A DNA stretch of 46,211 nucleotides from Bacteroidota bacterium (GCA_030605195.1 JAUWBB010000001.1:1-46211); one strand, 5' to 3'. Counted from the first letter of the stretch, positions 1 through 8,848 are shown. The notes: generated by a model from the sequence alone, not told the origin. Translations and numbers: made by a program.

Positions 1-40
1 AACAGAAGCAAGGTTGTTTTTATGAATAAAAATTAAAGTA

Positions 41-397
41 ATGATACCAATTGATTTTACTGAAAGCATGTACAAACTGCAAGCACCTAAAGGTCAGGAA
101 AAAAAAGTAATGCCGTTACCGGTATACACTGATAAGGTAAAATGTATAAGCTGCTGGGAGCTGACAGATGAAGAATTTGAGATTATTAAAAGGACTAGAA
201 AGGTTTACCTGGGTGTTTTCTCCGGCAAAACCCAGCCTCCAGTATTCCTTTCTGTTAAAATACCTTTTATCCCTGAATTTAGCAGATATATGCAGCTGGT
301 CAAAAAACTTGGAAAGGAAAAGGCAAAAAGAGCGTTAAGTCAGGAAGAATACAAGGAGTACCTTGAACTTTTGAAGAAGTTTCAGAAGCAATCTTAA
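41..397 (+). CDS. hypothetical phage protein (118 aa)
   Basis: Intact ORF in the co-directional + strand array; no motif I can name with confidence. Confidence 0.5.
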   Translation: MIPIDFTESMYKLQAPKGQEKKVMPLPVYTDKVKCISCWELTDEEFEIIKRTRKVYLGVFSGKTQPPVFLSVKIPFIPEFSRYMQLVKKLGKEKAKRALSQEEYKEYLELLKKFQKQS

Positions 398-419
398 TAT
401 TAATTTAATCTTAGAAATA

Positions 420-548
420 ATGGCAAGAATTATCAAAACAAAATGTTGTGGAGCAATGGTAAAGTCAAAAGGAAGTGGCAAAAATAGGAAATACTATTGT
501 ACAGCCTGTAATAAAGAAGTCACGAAAACAGGCAAAACTAAAGTATAA
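420..548 (+). CDS. basic Cys-rich mini-protein, 42 aa (MARIIKTKCCGAMVKSKGSGKNRKYYCTACNKEVTKTGKTKV)
   Basis: Below the 60-aa track cut-off. CC-x16-CxxC pattern, very basic. Upstream context AATCTTAGAAATAATGGCA is almost identical to that of the major capsid gene. A paralog lies 210 bp downstream. Confidence 0.5.
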   Translation: MARIIKTKCCGAMVKSKGSGKNRKYYCTACNKEVTKTGKTKV

Positions 549-629
549 ATTAGGAGTCGCGAGTAGCGGATTTAGAAGTCATCCAAAATGAGATTTAGCA
601 TTATTATTCATACATAAAAATCAAAAATC

Positions 630-755
630 ATGAGTTATTCAAAAACATCATGCTGTGAAGCAATGATAGAGTCGAAAACAGTCAATGGGAAGAAAAAGTA
701 CTATTGTACAGCCTGTGGTGTTGAAGTCACGAAATCAGGTGACTTAAAAGTATAA
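630..755 (+). CDS. basic Cys-rich mini-protein paralog, 41 aa (MSYSKTSCCEAMIESKTVNGKKKYYCTACGVEVTKSGDLKV)
   Basis: Same CC...YYCTAC...EVTK...KV pattern as 420..548. Both are followed by AAATTAGGAGTCG(C/T)GAGT, indicating a tandem duplication. Confidence 0.5.
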   Translation: MSYSKTSCCEAMIESKTVNGKKKYYCTACGVEVTKSGDLKV

Positions 756-822
756 ATTAGGAGTCGTGAGTTGCAAAAAAGAATAAATTTTCAATAGTAA
801 TTAAAATAATTATTAAACTAAT

Positions 823-1002
823 ATGAATACAGAAATGAGTAAATCAGAAAGAAAGCAAAACGAAACAATAAGTGAAGAAACAGCAAATGATCTTATAAAA
901 GCATTTGATGAACATATAGAAGTTGCAAAATCTTTTTCTAAAACATTTAAAACAGTAAAAAAGCTTTTAGAAGATTTTTTTTTTAGATATCAGAAAAATT
1001 AA
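823..1002 (+). CDS. hypothetical small protein (59 aa)
   Basis: ATG-initiated ORF just under the track cut-off, filling an otherwise empty gap; no motif. Confidence 0.3.
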   Translation: MNTEMSKSERKQNETISEETANDLIKAFDEHIEVAKSFSKTFKTVKKLLEDFFFRYQKN

Positions 1003-1107
1003 TTGTGCTTACAGGGTTCGATTTTGCAGTCAATCTCCGCTTGGTAGATAGGTTTATAAAGCGTAAAATCCTGTTTAGCTTTTTTAATTATACATAAAGA
1101 AGAAAAA

Positions 1108-1680
1108 ATGAAAATAAATGAATTAAATAAATATTACAAGAATCCCAGGAAAATTACTGATAAGCAAAAAGAATTACTTAAAAGAGATTTAAAGGAGCTT
1201 GGTGATCTATCTGGCATAGTTCATGATTTAAACAGCAATGAGATAATTGGCGGAAACCAGCGAAGTATAATATTTCAAAATGCCGAAATACAAATAACAG
1301 AGGAATTTAATAAACCAACTAAAACAGGAACTGTTGCTTTTGGATATATAATTTTCAATAAAGAAAAATATAATTACAGACAGGTAAAATGGACAAAAAA
1401 ACAATGCGAGAAGGCTAATATTGTAGCAAATAAAGCAGGGGGAGATTGGGATTTTGATTTATTAAATGAATTTGATTTTGATGATTTGGTAGATTGGGGC
1501 TTTGAGGAAAATGAATTAAAAATTAAAACAGAAGGCAAAATAAGTAAGATAAATTTAGACCCATTCAAAAAAACTCATATATTATTATCCTTTCCACCTG
1601 AAAAATTTATAGAGATTGCAGATTTAATAGAACAAATAAAAGCAAAAAATTTTATTGATTATGAGCAATCCTCAAACTGA
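1108..1680 (+). CDS. ParB-like N-terminal (ParB/Srx nuclease-type) domain protein
   Basis: N-terminus NPRKITDKQKELLKRDLKELGDLSGIVHDLNSNEIIGGNQR resembles the ParB/sulfiredoxin-fold signature (NPR ... GxxR) seen next to phage methyltransferases. Confidence 0.55.
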   Translation: MKINELNKYYKNPRKITDKQKELLKRDLKELGDLSGIVHDLNSNEIIGGNQRSIIFQNAEIQITEEFNKPTKTGTVAFGYIIFNKEKYNYRQVKWTKKQCEKANIVANKAGGDWDFDLLNEFDFDDLVDWGFEENELKIKTEGKISKINLDPFKKTHILLSFPPEKFIEIADLIEQIKAKNFIDYEQSSN

Positions 1681-2209
1681 TAATACATACTTGCAGGATA
1701 AAATAAGTTTAAGATTAACTTTTTTACCGGATAAAGACATAAAAGTATTGGATTGTTTTGCCGGCGAAGGAATAATTTGGAAAACAATAAAAAAAAACAA
1801 TAATAAAAAAATTGAAGTTTTAAGCATAGATAAAAAGAGCGGATTAGACAATACATATTTAATTGGAGACAATATAAAATTCTTAAAATCATTAAATTTA
1901 AATGAGTTTGATATAATTGATCTGGACGCTTACGGAACTCCATTCAAACAATTGGAAATCATTTTTGATAAAAATTATAAAGGACATATATTTTGTACTT
2001 TTATTCAGATAAGAATGGGTTCAATAAATAATGATTTATTATATTATTTAGGATATTCAAAAAATATGTTGAATAAAGTAAAAGTTTTATTTTGGAAAAA
2101 TGCTGAACAGAAATTATTTGATTATATATCCTTAAGAACCGGAGTAAAAGAAATTCATACAATAAAACATAATAGAATAAATTATTTCTATTTTTATTTG
2201 GATAATTAA
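1655..2209 (+). CDS. SAM-dependent methyltransferase (Trm1-like motifs)
   Basis: Motif I-like VLDCFAGEG and IDLDAYGTP (compare D-L-D-P-F-G-S of Trm1-type N2-guanine methyltransferases). Overlaps the ParB-like gene by 26 nt. Confidence 0.55.
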   Translation: MIMSNPQTDNTYLQDKISLRLTFLPDKDIKVLDCFAGEGIIWKTIKKNNNKKIEVLSIDKKSGLDNTYLIGDNIKFLKSLNLNEFDIIDLDAYGTPFKQLEIIFDKNYKGHIFCTFIQIRMGSINNDLLYYLGYSKNMLNKVKVLFWKNAEQKLFDYISLRTGVKEIHTIKHNRINYFYFYLDN

Positions 2210-2231
2210 CTGATAATGATTAAATTGCAGT

Positions 2232-3020
2232 ATGAATATAATTTATAAACCAAAAGGAAAAGCAAGAGAATACAGCTCTTTAGCTTTAAATATTTATTCA
2301 GGATGTGATCATGGGTGTAAATATTGTTACGTTCCTGAAATTTTGCATAAAACCAGAGAACAATTCAGACAAGTAAATGAAAGAAAAAATCTCTTAAGAC
2401 AAATAGAATTAGATGCAGAAGCATTATCTTTTGATCCAGAACAAGTTTTATTATGTTTCACAGGTGATCCTTACTGTAAATTTAATGATGAAAAAAAGTT
2501 AACCAGAGAAGTTCTGACGATATTACTTAAATATCGAATCCCAGTCTCAATATTGACAAAAGGTGGAAATAGATGTTTACAAGATTTAGATTTATTCACC
2601 CAGTTTGATGGAAATATAAAAGTCGGGGCAACATTAACGATATTGAATACTGAAAAATCAAAGGAAATTGAACCCAATGCGGCATTTCCAAAAGAAAGAA
2701 TTGAAGCATTAAAAAAACTTCATGAAAATAATATCAAAACTTGGGTAAGTATTGAACCGGTAATTTACCCGGAACAATCTTTAAAATTAATAGAATTATC
2801 TTTACCTTATGTTGATCAATATAAAATAGGAAAATTGAATCATTTCAAGAATTACGAAAAATCAATAGACTGGCATAAATTTCTGAAATCTGCAATAAAA
2901 ATATTAAGAAATACAGATAAACCTTTTTATATAAAAGAAGATTTGGCAAAATTCAAAGAGGATATATGCTTATCGGAAGATGAAACTAATATGGATAATC
3001 TGAATATCATTTATAAATAA
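2232..3020 (+). CDS. radical SAM protein, COG1533/SplB-like (DNA-photolyase-like family)
   Basis: LNIYSGCDHGCKYCYVP gives a CxxxCxxC cluster in the LNxYxGCxHxCxYCY context typical of this family. Confidence 0.7.
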   Translation: MNIIYKPKGKAREYSSLALNIYSGCDHGCKYCYVPEILHKTREQFRQVNERKNLLRQIELDAEALSFDPEQVLLCFTGDPYCKFNDEKKLTREVLTILLKYRIPVSILTKGGNRCLQDLDLFTQFDGNIKVGATLTILNTEKSKEIEPNAAFPKERIEALKKLHENNIKTWVSIEPVIYPEQSLKLIELSLPYVDQYKIGKLNHFKNYEKSIDWHKFLKSAIKILRNTDKPFYIKEDLAKFKEDICLSEDETNMDNLNIIYK

Positions 3021-3071
3021 AAAATAAAAGAGCCAAAATTATTTTGATGATTGTTTAAAAATCAAAGAATA

Positions 3072-3100
3072 AAAGCCTGTTGAAAAAGCAGGTTTTTTTG
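3072..3100 (+). terminator. candidate Rho-independent terminator
   Basis: aagcctg-ttgaaaaag-caggttt stem (one G-U pair) followed by a T-run, just after the radical SAM gene. Confidence 0.45.
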
Positions 3101-3123
3101 TTTATGAGTTTTTTGTAAATTTG
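3093..3123 (+). promoter_or_regulatory. candidate Bacteroidota-type promoter for the packaging/structural operon
   Basis: Perfect -7 box TAAATTTG at 3116-3123 preceded by a T-rich/TTTG segment; lies 21 nt upstream of the TerS-like gene. Confidence 0.3.
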
Positions 3124-3143
3124 TAAAAATACAATAGACTATT

Positions 3144-3578
3144 ATGAAAAAATCAACAGATAAAAACTTACCTGAAAGTTCAAGAAATATTACATGGGAA
3201 TTGAATCATTCAATTATCAGGGATTCCTATGTGGATTTAATTAAAAAACTCAGAAGAAAACCTACCTATGACGAAGTTTCTGAAGATTGTAATTTATCAA
3301 CTCAGACAATTAAAAAACATATTGATACATTAGAATTCGATCCCTTAAAGCATCCTCTAAGAATATTGTCGGATGATGTATTAATATCAATAGCAAATTC
3401 AGCAAAAAAAGGAAGTTCGGCAAGTCAAAAACTTTGGATGCAAATATGTGAGGGATGGAGAGAAAGACATGAAATTGAACATGGGGCTTCACCTTCGCTT
3501 ACCGAGCTTATTAAAGATTATCAGGAACAAGAGAAAAGTAATAAAAAAGGAGAAGATGCTTCTGGAACATCAAAATGA
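3144..3578 (+). CDS. terminase small subunit-like DNA-binding protein
   Basis: Sits immediately upstream of and overlapping TerL. HTH-like segment PTYDEVSEDCNLSTQTIKKHI. Confidence 0.45.
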   Translation: MKKSTDKNLPESSRNITWELNHSIIRDSYVDLIKKLRRKPTYDEVSEDCNLSTQTIKKHIDTLEFDPLKHPLRILSDDVLISIANSAKKGSSASQKLWMQICEGWRERHEIEHGASPSLTELIKDYQEQEKSNKKGEDASGTSK

Positions 3579-5121
3579 AATTCTAAGATTATTAATACCG
3601 AAATGGAAATCTGACTGGAATAAATTTGCCTATGATGTATTAGGTGCAAAGTTAGACACCCAGCAGGAAGAAATACTTCATGCTATACAAAACTCAAGGA
3701 GAGTTTCTGTAAGGAGTGGAAATGCAAGGGGCAAAGATTATGTTGCAGCCGTGGCTTCATTATGTTTTTTGATTTTGCACGTACCGAGCAAAGTTATTAA
3801 CACTGCACCGACAGGCAGGCAAGTCAGATCGATCATGATGCCTGAAATAGCAAATTTGTACAAACACGCACAGGAAGTTTTGGACCCGGGTGGAAGGTTG
3901 CTGACTGACAGTATAAAATTTCCTGATGAACGACATTATTTAATTGGATTTAAAGCTGCAGATAGATCTGTTGAGAGTTGGTCAGGATTTCACAGTCCGA
4001 ATATAATGGTAGTTGTCACTGAAGCAAGTGGTGTAGATGATATTACTTTCACTGCAATCGAGGGAGTACTGCAGGCAAATTCAAAGTTGATTATTGTATT
4101 TAACCCGAATAGACTTGTAGGAGAGGCATACAGATCTGTAAAATCACCTGCTTACAAGAATTTCAGATTAAACTGCCTGGACGCACCGAACGTGCTAAAT
4201 TACAAAAAGGTACTCACTGGTGAAATTTCAGAAGATGAATTTGTTGAAATAGTTATTCCCGGGCAGGTGGATTTTGAATGGATTGATGAAAAAATAAAAA
4301 AACTCGGCTGGGCCATCGAGGTCCAGGAAGATGAAATGGTCGATCTTGATTTCAAGTGGAATGGTGGTTGTTACAGACCGAGCAATTATTTTAAAGTAAA
4401 GGTTCTCGGTGAGTTCCCTGATGAAGATGAAGACACGTTAATCCCGATTCACTGGGTCGAGGCAGCCCAGCAAAGATGGCTTGATTTCTCACAATCTGAC
4501 AGAGATTTATTTGTAAAGAGGGAGTTAAAGCTTGGTGTGGATGTAGCTGGAATGGGTAAAGACAGAACCTCTTTTGCATACAGGTATGAAAACTATTTTG
4601 ACAGAATTGTACTTGATGCAAACAAGGGTAAAAGGGAGACCATCCACATGGAGAACGCCGGTAAAATCAAAAATATAATTGCTAAAGGTGGTTATGCTTT
4701 TATTGATACGATAGGAGAAGGCGCTGGTGTATATTCAAGGCTTGTAGAGCAAGGTATTGAAAATGCAATAAGTGCAAAAGCCTCAGAAAATGCTAAAGGA
4801 TTGCATGATAAAACCGAAGTTCGTACATTTGCAAACATGAGGGCTTTTATGTACTGGTCGTTAAGAGACGATCTTGACCCTCAGTTTAGCCCTACACTTG
4901 CTTTGCCACTTGATGATGAATTGACACAGGAGCTTACTGAAATACATTGGCTAACTCAAAGTAATGGCTCGATAATACTGGAACCCAAAGATGATATTAA
5001 AGAAAGAATTGGCAGATCCCCGGACAAAAGCGACTCAGTTGCTTTAACTTATTACCCGATGAAAAGAGTACGTCCAAAGGCAGCTAAGTACACTTCCAAA
5101 GATGAATTAGGAATATTTTAA
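3556..5121 (+). CDS. terL: terminase large subunit
   Basis: Walker-A-like RSGNARGKD, nuclease-half motifs and a typical size. Start moved from the track's 3448 to Met37 (3556), which has AAGGAG upstream. Confidence 0.8.
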   Translation: MLLEHQNEILRLLIPKWKSDWNKFAYDVLGAKLDTQQEEILHAIQNSRRVSVRSGNARGKDYVAAVASLCFLILHVPSKVINTAPTGRQVRSIMMPEIANLYKHAQEVLDPGGRLLTDSIKFPDERHYLIGFKAADRSVESWSGFHSPNIMVVVTEASGVDDITFTAIEGVLQANSKLIIVFNPNRLVGEAYRSVKSPAYKNFRLNCLDAPNVLNYKKVLTGEISEDEFVEIVIPGQVDFEWIDEKIKKLGWAIEVQEDEMVDLDFKWNGGCYRPSNYFKVKVLGEFPDEDEDTLIPIHWVEAAQQRWLDFSQSDRDLFVKRELKLGVDVAGMGKDRTSFAYRYENYFDRIVLDANKGKRETIHMENAGKIKNIIAKGGYAFIDTIGEGAGVYSRLVEQGIENAISAKASENAKGLHDKTEVRTFANMRAFMYWSLRDDLDPQFSPTLALPLDDELTQELTEIHWLTQSNGSIILEPKDDIKERIGRSPDKSDSVALTYYPMKRVRPKAAKYTSKDELGIF

Positions 5122-5144
5122 GAATAATTTAAACCATAAAAGTC

Positions 5145-6575
5145 ATGAAAATCAGCGACATTTTAGCGTTAGACGACAATAGTAAAATTGTGAATTTGCT
5201 TACAGCAGATGAAACAAAGTACGAGGATATTGATAAATACAAAGATCAATTTGAAGGAGAGCATGATATACTTAACAGAACACCGAAGTATATTGGACCC
5301 GAAGATAACAGAATAGAAGTCGAGCAGGCAAAAATTGTTGTAACCTTTCAGAAGAAGATAGTCAATTTTGCAGTTTCTTTTTTATTTGGCGCCCCGGTTA
5401 ATCTTGAGAATAATAGTTCGGAAAAAAAATTTGATAAAGCATTTGGACTGATAAAAGACACGTGGAAAAAAGCAAAGCTGGATTCTCATAATAAAAAACT
5501 GGCACGTACACTTTTTAAAGAGACACAAGTAGCAGAGTATTTTGAAGTGGTGAAAGACAAGGACGGGAATCTAAAAATAAGGGCTACTATATTCAGTTAT
5601 GAAAACGGGGACAGAATTTATCCTTTTTTTAATGAATACGGGGATATGGTAGCATTTACAAGGACTTACCAAGCACTGAATGAAGAAGGGAAAAAAATTG
5701 ACTACGTAGATGTTTATACTGCAGAGCAGATAATCACTTTTGCAAAGGGCACTAAAAATACTTGGGAAAAAACTGAAAGGGTTAATGGTGTAATTTTAGG
5801 TGAAGGAGAAACCGAAGAAAAAGTAATGATTGATAAAATACCGATTGTTTATTACGAGCAGGATGAAACAGAATGGGATGATGTTCAGACGCAAATAGAT
5901 AAGTTTGAACTAAGGCTTAGTAAACTGATAGACACAAATGATTATTTTAGTAGTCCCGCAGTAAAAATAAAGGGTAAATTAAAAGAGGGCACTATGCCAG
6001 ATAAAGGAGAAATTGCTAAATTATTTCAAATAGAAGCAGAAGATATTGGTGGACAAACTGTATATGGAGACGTTGGGTATATTACTTGGGATCAAACACC
6101 GGCATCGATGGAGCTGGAATTAAAAACGCTAAAAGGCTTAATTCACAGTCAGACACAAACACCGGATTTGAGCTTTGATAATGTTAAAGGAATACCTAAT
6201 ATTTCAGGTATTGCATTGAAATTCATGTTTCTTGACAGCATTCTCAAGTCTTTGAATAAACAGGAAATCTTTGCTGAAGGCTTTAACCGGAGAATAAATA
6301 TATTGAAGGCAATTCATTCAAAGATGATAAATTTAGATGAGGCGAAGAATTTCAATGATCTTGACATTGGGATAAAGTTTGGAGACGTATTGCCTGAGAG
6401 TTTAGTGGAAATTGTCAATACTCTATATACAGCATCAGGGGCAAAACCCATAATGAGCCAAAAGTCAGCAGTTCGTCAGAATCCATTGGTTGAGAAACCT
6501 GATGAAGTACTCGATGAAATTGAAGAAGAACAGAAAAAAGAAGATTTAATTACTGGAAGCCAAGTTATTGAATGA
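5145..6575 (+). CDS. portal protein (SPP1 gp6-like)
   Basis: 476 aa, directly after TerL and before the MuF-like gene; acidic C-terminus. Confidence 0.7.
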   Translation: MKISDILALDDNSKIVNLLTADETKYEDIDKYKDQFEGEHDILNRTPKYIGPEDNRIEVEQAKIVVTFQKKIVNFAVSFLFGAPVNLENNSSEKKFDKAFGLIKDTWKKAKLDSHNKKLARTLFKETQVAEYFEVVKDKDGNLKIRATIFSYENGDRIYPFFNEYGDMVAFTRTYQALNEEGKKIDYVDVYTAEQIITFAKGTKNTWEKTERVNGVILGEGETEEKVMIDKIPIVYYEQDETEWDDVQTQIDKFELRLSKLIDTNDYFSSPAVKIKGKLKEGTMPDKGEIAKLFQIEAEDIGGQTVYGDVGYITWDQTPASMELELKTLKGLIHSQTQTPDLSFDNVKGIPNISGIALKFMFLDSILKSLNKQEIFAEGFNRRINILKAIHSKMINLDEAKNFNDLDIGIKFGDVLPESLVEIVNTLYTASGAKPIMSQKSAVRQNPLVEKPDEVLDEIEEEQKKEDLITGSQVIE

Positions 6576-6994
6576 AATTATTAGATTTCCTAAATCTTGC
6601 CCCAGCCACGGGAAAGAACGATTATTTGAAGACGTTTGATTGTGATGTTTACAGGGATATTATATGTGTTGGGATAACTAATGATATTAACAGGATTGTT
6701 AAAAAGCAGTTGTTAAGTTATAAAATTCCTGAAAAAAAATGGGATGATTATTTTGCAGACAAAGAAGTGGGTGCAATAGTATTTGAGCTTGAAAATGACA
6801 AATATTATGGTATTTATTTATTGATGAAAAATGAAATAACAATAGATGAATTAGTTCATGAAACCGGACACCTTACAGAAAGGCTTTTATGGAAAAGAGG
6901 CATTTTTCATTCACCTGAAACCGCGGAAGTATGGCAATATTTTAATCAGTATTTATTCAGAAAAATTATTGAAATATTCAGGGTAGATGGATGA
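6572..6994 (+). CDS. small HExxH (zincin-like) protein
   Basis: VHETGHLTE motif; ATGA overlaps on both sides tie it to portal and MuF translation. Confidence 0.45.
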   Translation: MKLLDFLNLAPATGKNDYLKTFDCDVYRDIICVGITNDINRIVKKQLLSYKIPEKKWDDYFADKEVGAIVFELENDKYYGIYLLMKNEITIDELVHETGHLTERLLWKRGIFHSPETAEVWQYFNQYLFRKIIEIFRVDG

Positions 6995-8684
6995 GAAAGA
7001 ATATTATGCCCGGCATCTTCGTAATATGCGAAGAAATTCAAGGCGTGTAAGGGCGTTACTTGAGAAATCCTATACAGAGCTTGGCAGGGAAATAGCAAGC
7101 CACAAATTTATTAATCCCGCAAGGTTTACCTGGGCGCAGAATAAGAAATTAGGCGACAGGGTAGACATTATCCTCGGAAAACAATCAATTCGGTTAGAAA
7201 GTGAAATAAGCCGGAGTGTCATAAGTGAATGGATGTTGGCAAGTCAAAAGAACGATGAACTTGCAAGGGCATACATTAAAAATATTTACATATCCAACAA
7301 GATCCGGAAAGAGATATTCCAGACCAATACAGAAGCTCTAAACGCTTTTATTGCTAGAACCGATACTAACCAATTCAACCTGAGTAAAAGAGTTTGGAGG
7401 CTCACAAACGAAACCAAGTCCCAGTTAAAATTTCACATCAGTCAAGGTATTGCAACGGGAAAAGATGCAGCAGAGATCTCGAGAGACGTTCGCAATATTC
7501 TTGTAGAGCCTAACCGGTTGTACAGAAGAGTAAGGGACGAAACCGGCAAACTGGTATTGAGCAGACCTGCCAAGGCATATAAACCCGGAGCCGGAGTTTA
7601 CCGATCTTCATATAAAAACGCACTCAGATTAGCAGCCACGGAGACAAACATGGCTTACAGGGCATCTGATTACATGAGAAGAAAGCAGTTACCTTTCGTT
7701 GCAGGTTACAAGGTGAATTTATCAGGTCAGCACAAAGTTTATGACATTTGTGATGAGATGAAAGGAAGCTACCCAAAAGAGTTCAAATTTGTAGGCTGGC
7801 ATCCACATTGTTTATGTTATACAACCTCAATATTGATGAAAGAAGATAAGTTCATCAAGTATCTAAAGACAGGTAAAATTGATAAAAAATTGTATGTTGA
7901 TAAAATTCCTATCAAGGCCGAGAGATACGTGAACAAAAACGTGAGTAAGATTGCAAAGATGAAAAATAAGCCTTATTGGACTGAGAATTTCAATAAAGAC
8001 TTGAAGCTGAAAAGCAGCATAGGTAAATCCAGAAGATTAGTGGAATTGCAATATGCAAATGCTAAAGATTATGAAAGAATTAAAAAACTTCCGTATTATA
8101 ATAATCTTGTAGCATGGCAGAAACCAGAGGCGTTTACTAAAGGTGTTCTGAATAAAAAGAGGTTGGATTTATTGAACGAAACAGAGAGGGTTTCTATTTT
8201 TCGATATACTGGTGGAGAGGATATTAATTTGTACATACAAGATTTGGTTGACGGAAAAATAGTTAGAAATGTAACTAATGATTCGTTTATAAAAGTATTG
8301 CAAGACGCACTTAATAAATTGGATGAAACTACTGGAATTGTACATAGAGGGACTAGTTTACCTAAAGATTATTTTAAAAGTAAATATAAAATTGGAAATA
8401 CCATTCAGGAAAAACGATTTTGGTCAAGCAGCTTTGATAGATCATTTGCAAAAGGCTGGGCTAATTCATGTCAAAGTTCAATGACTCGAAAATATCCTAG
8501 TAAAGAATTTATAGAAGTTTTGTTTGAAATCAATTCAAAAAGTGGAATAAATTTGAATGGTTTGACATTAATGAAAGAAGAATCAGAAGTATTATTTAAT
8601 AGTAATACAATTTTTAAAGTATTGAAGATAGAATATGATAAGTATGGAGTAGCTTTAGTAAAATTAGAGGAGGTAGTAAAATAA
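6987..8684 (+). CDS. head morphogenesis protein (SPP1 gp7 / Mu F family) fused to a C-terminal ADP-ribosyltransferase domain
   Basis: MuF core includes AATETNMAYR and GWHPHCLCY. The C-terminus carries R-S-E ART motifs: FRYTGGEDINLY, VHRG, FWSSSF, EESEVLF. Confidence 0.8.
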   Translation: MDEKEYYARHLRNMRRNSRRVRALLEKSYTELGREIASHKFINPARFTWAQNKKLGDRVDIILGKQSIRLESEISRSVISEWMLASQKNDELARAYIKNIYISNKIRKEIFQTNTEALNAFIARTDTNQFNLSKRVWRLTNETKSQLKFHISQGIATGKDAAEISRDVRNILVEPNRLYRRVRDETGKLVLSRPAKAYKPGAGVYRSSYKNALRLAATETNMAYRASDYMRRKQLPFVAGYKVNLSGQHKVYDICDEMKGSYPKEFKFVGWHPHCLCYTTSILMKEDKFIKYLKTGKIDKKLYVDKIPIKAERYVNKNVSKIAKMKNKPYWTENFNKDLKLKSSIGKSRRLVELQYANAKDYERIKKLPYYNNLVAWQKPEAFTKGVLNKKRLDLLNETERVSIFRYTGGEDINLYIQDLVDGKIVRNVTNDSFIKVLQDALNKLDETTGIVHRGTSLPKDYFKSKYKIGNTIQEKRFWSSSFDRSFAKGWANSCQSSMTRKYPSKEFIEVLFEINSKSGINLNGLTLMKEESEVLFNSNTIFKVLKIEYDKYGVALVKLEEVVK

Positions 8685-8848
8685 TGAATAAAGAAGAAAT
8701 CATAAAAAGAAAAACGTTTAAGGTTTTAACGGAGATAAAGAACGGAATCATTCCGAAGGAAATATTACAAAATTTGTATAGAATAACGAATGATGAATTA
8801 AGAAAATACAAGAAAGAATGGTCAGCACTTACAGAAGGTTTATTTTAA
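8684..8848 (+). CDS. hypothetical 54-aa protein (candidate immunity partner of the ART domain)
   Basis: TAATG overlap with the MuF-ART stop, GAGGAGG upstream; below the track cut-off. Confidence 0.4.
   Translation: MNKEEIIKRKTFKVLTEIKNGIIPKEILQNLYRITNDELRKYKKEWSALTEGLF

Noticed and set aside
1-40. Window ends as a circular-genome junction: the truncated ORF at 45724 would terminate at TGA 23-25 if the ends were joined
   Set aside because: A stop within 8 codons is expected by chance in AT-rich DNA, and there is no terminal repeat between the two ends. Circularity or completeness cannot be inferred from this alone.
3448-3555. Track start of the terminase ORF at 3448
   Set aside because: The first 36 codons overlap the TerS-like gene in another frame. 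Met37 (3556) is preceded by AAGGAG and begins the conserved terminase N-terminus.
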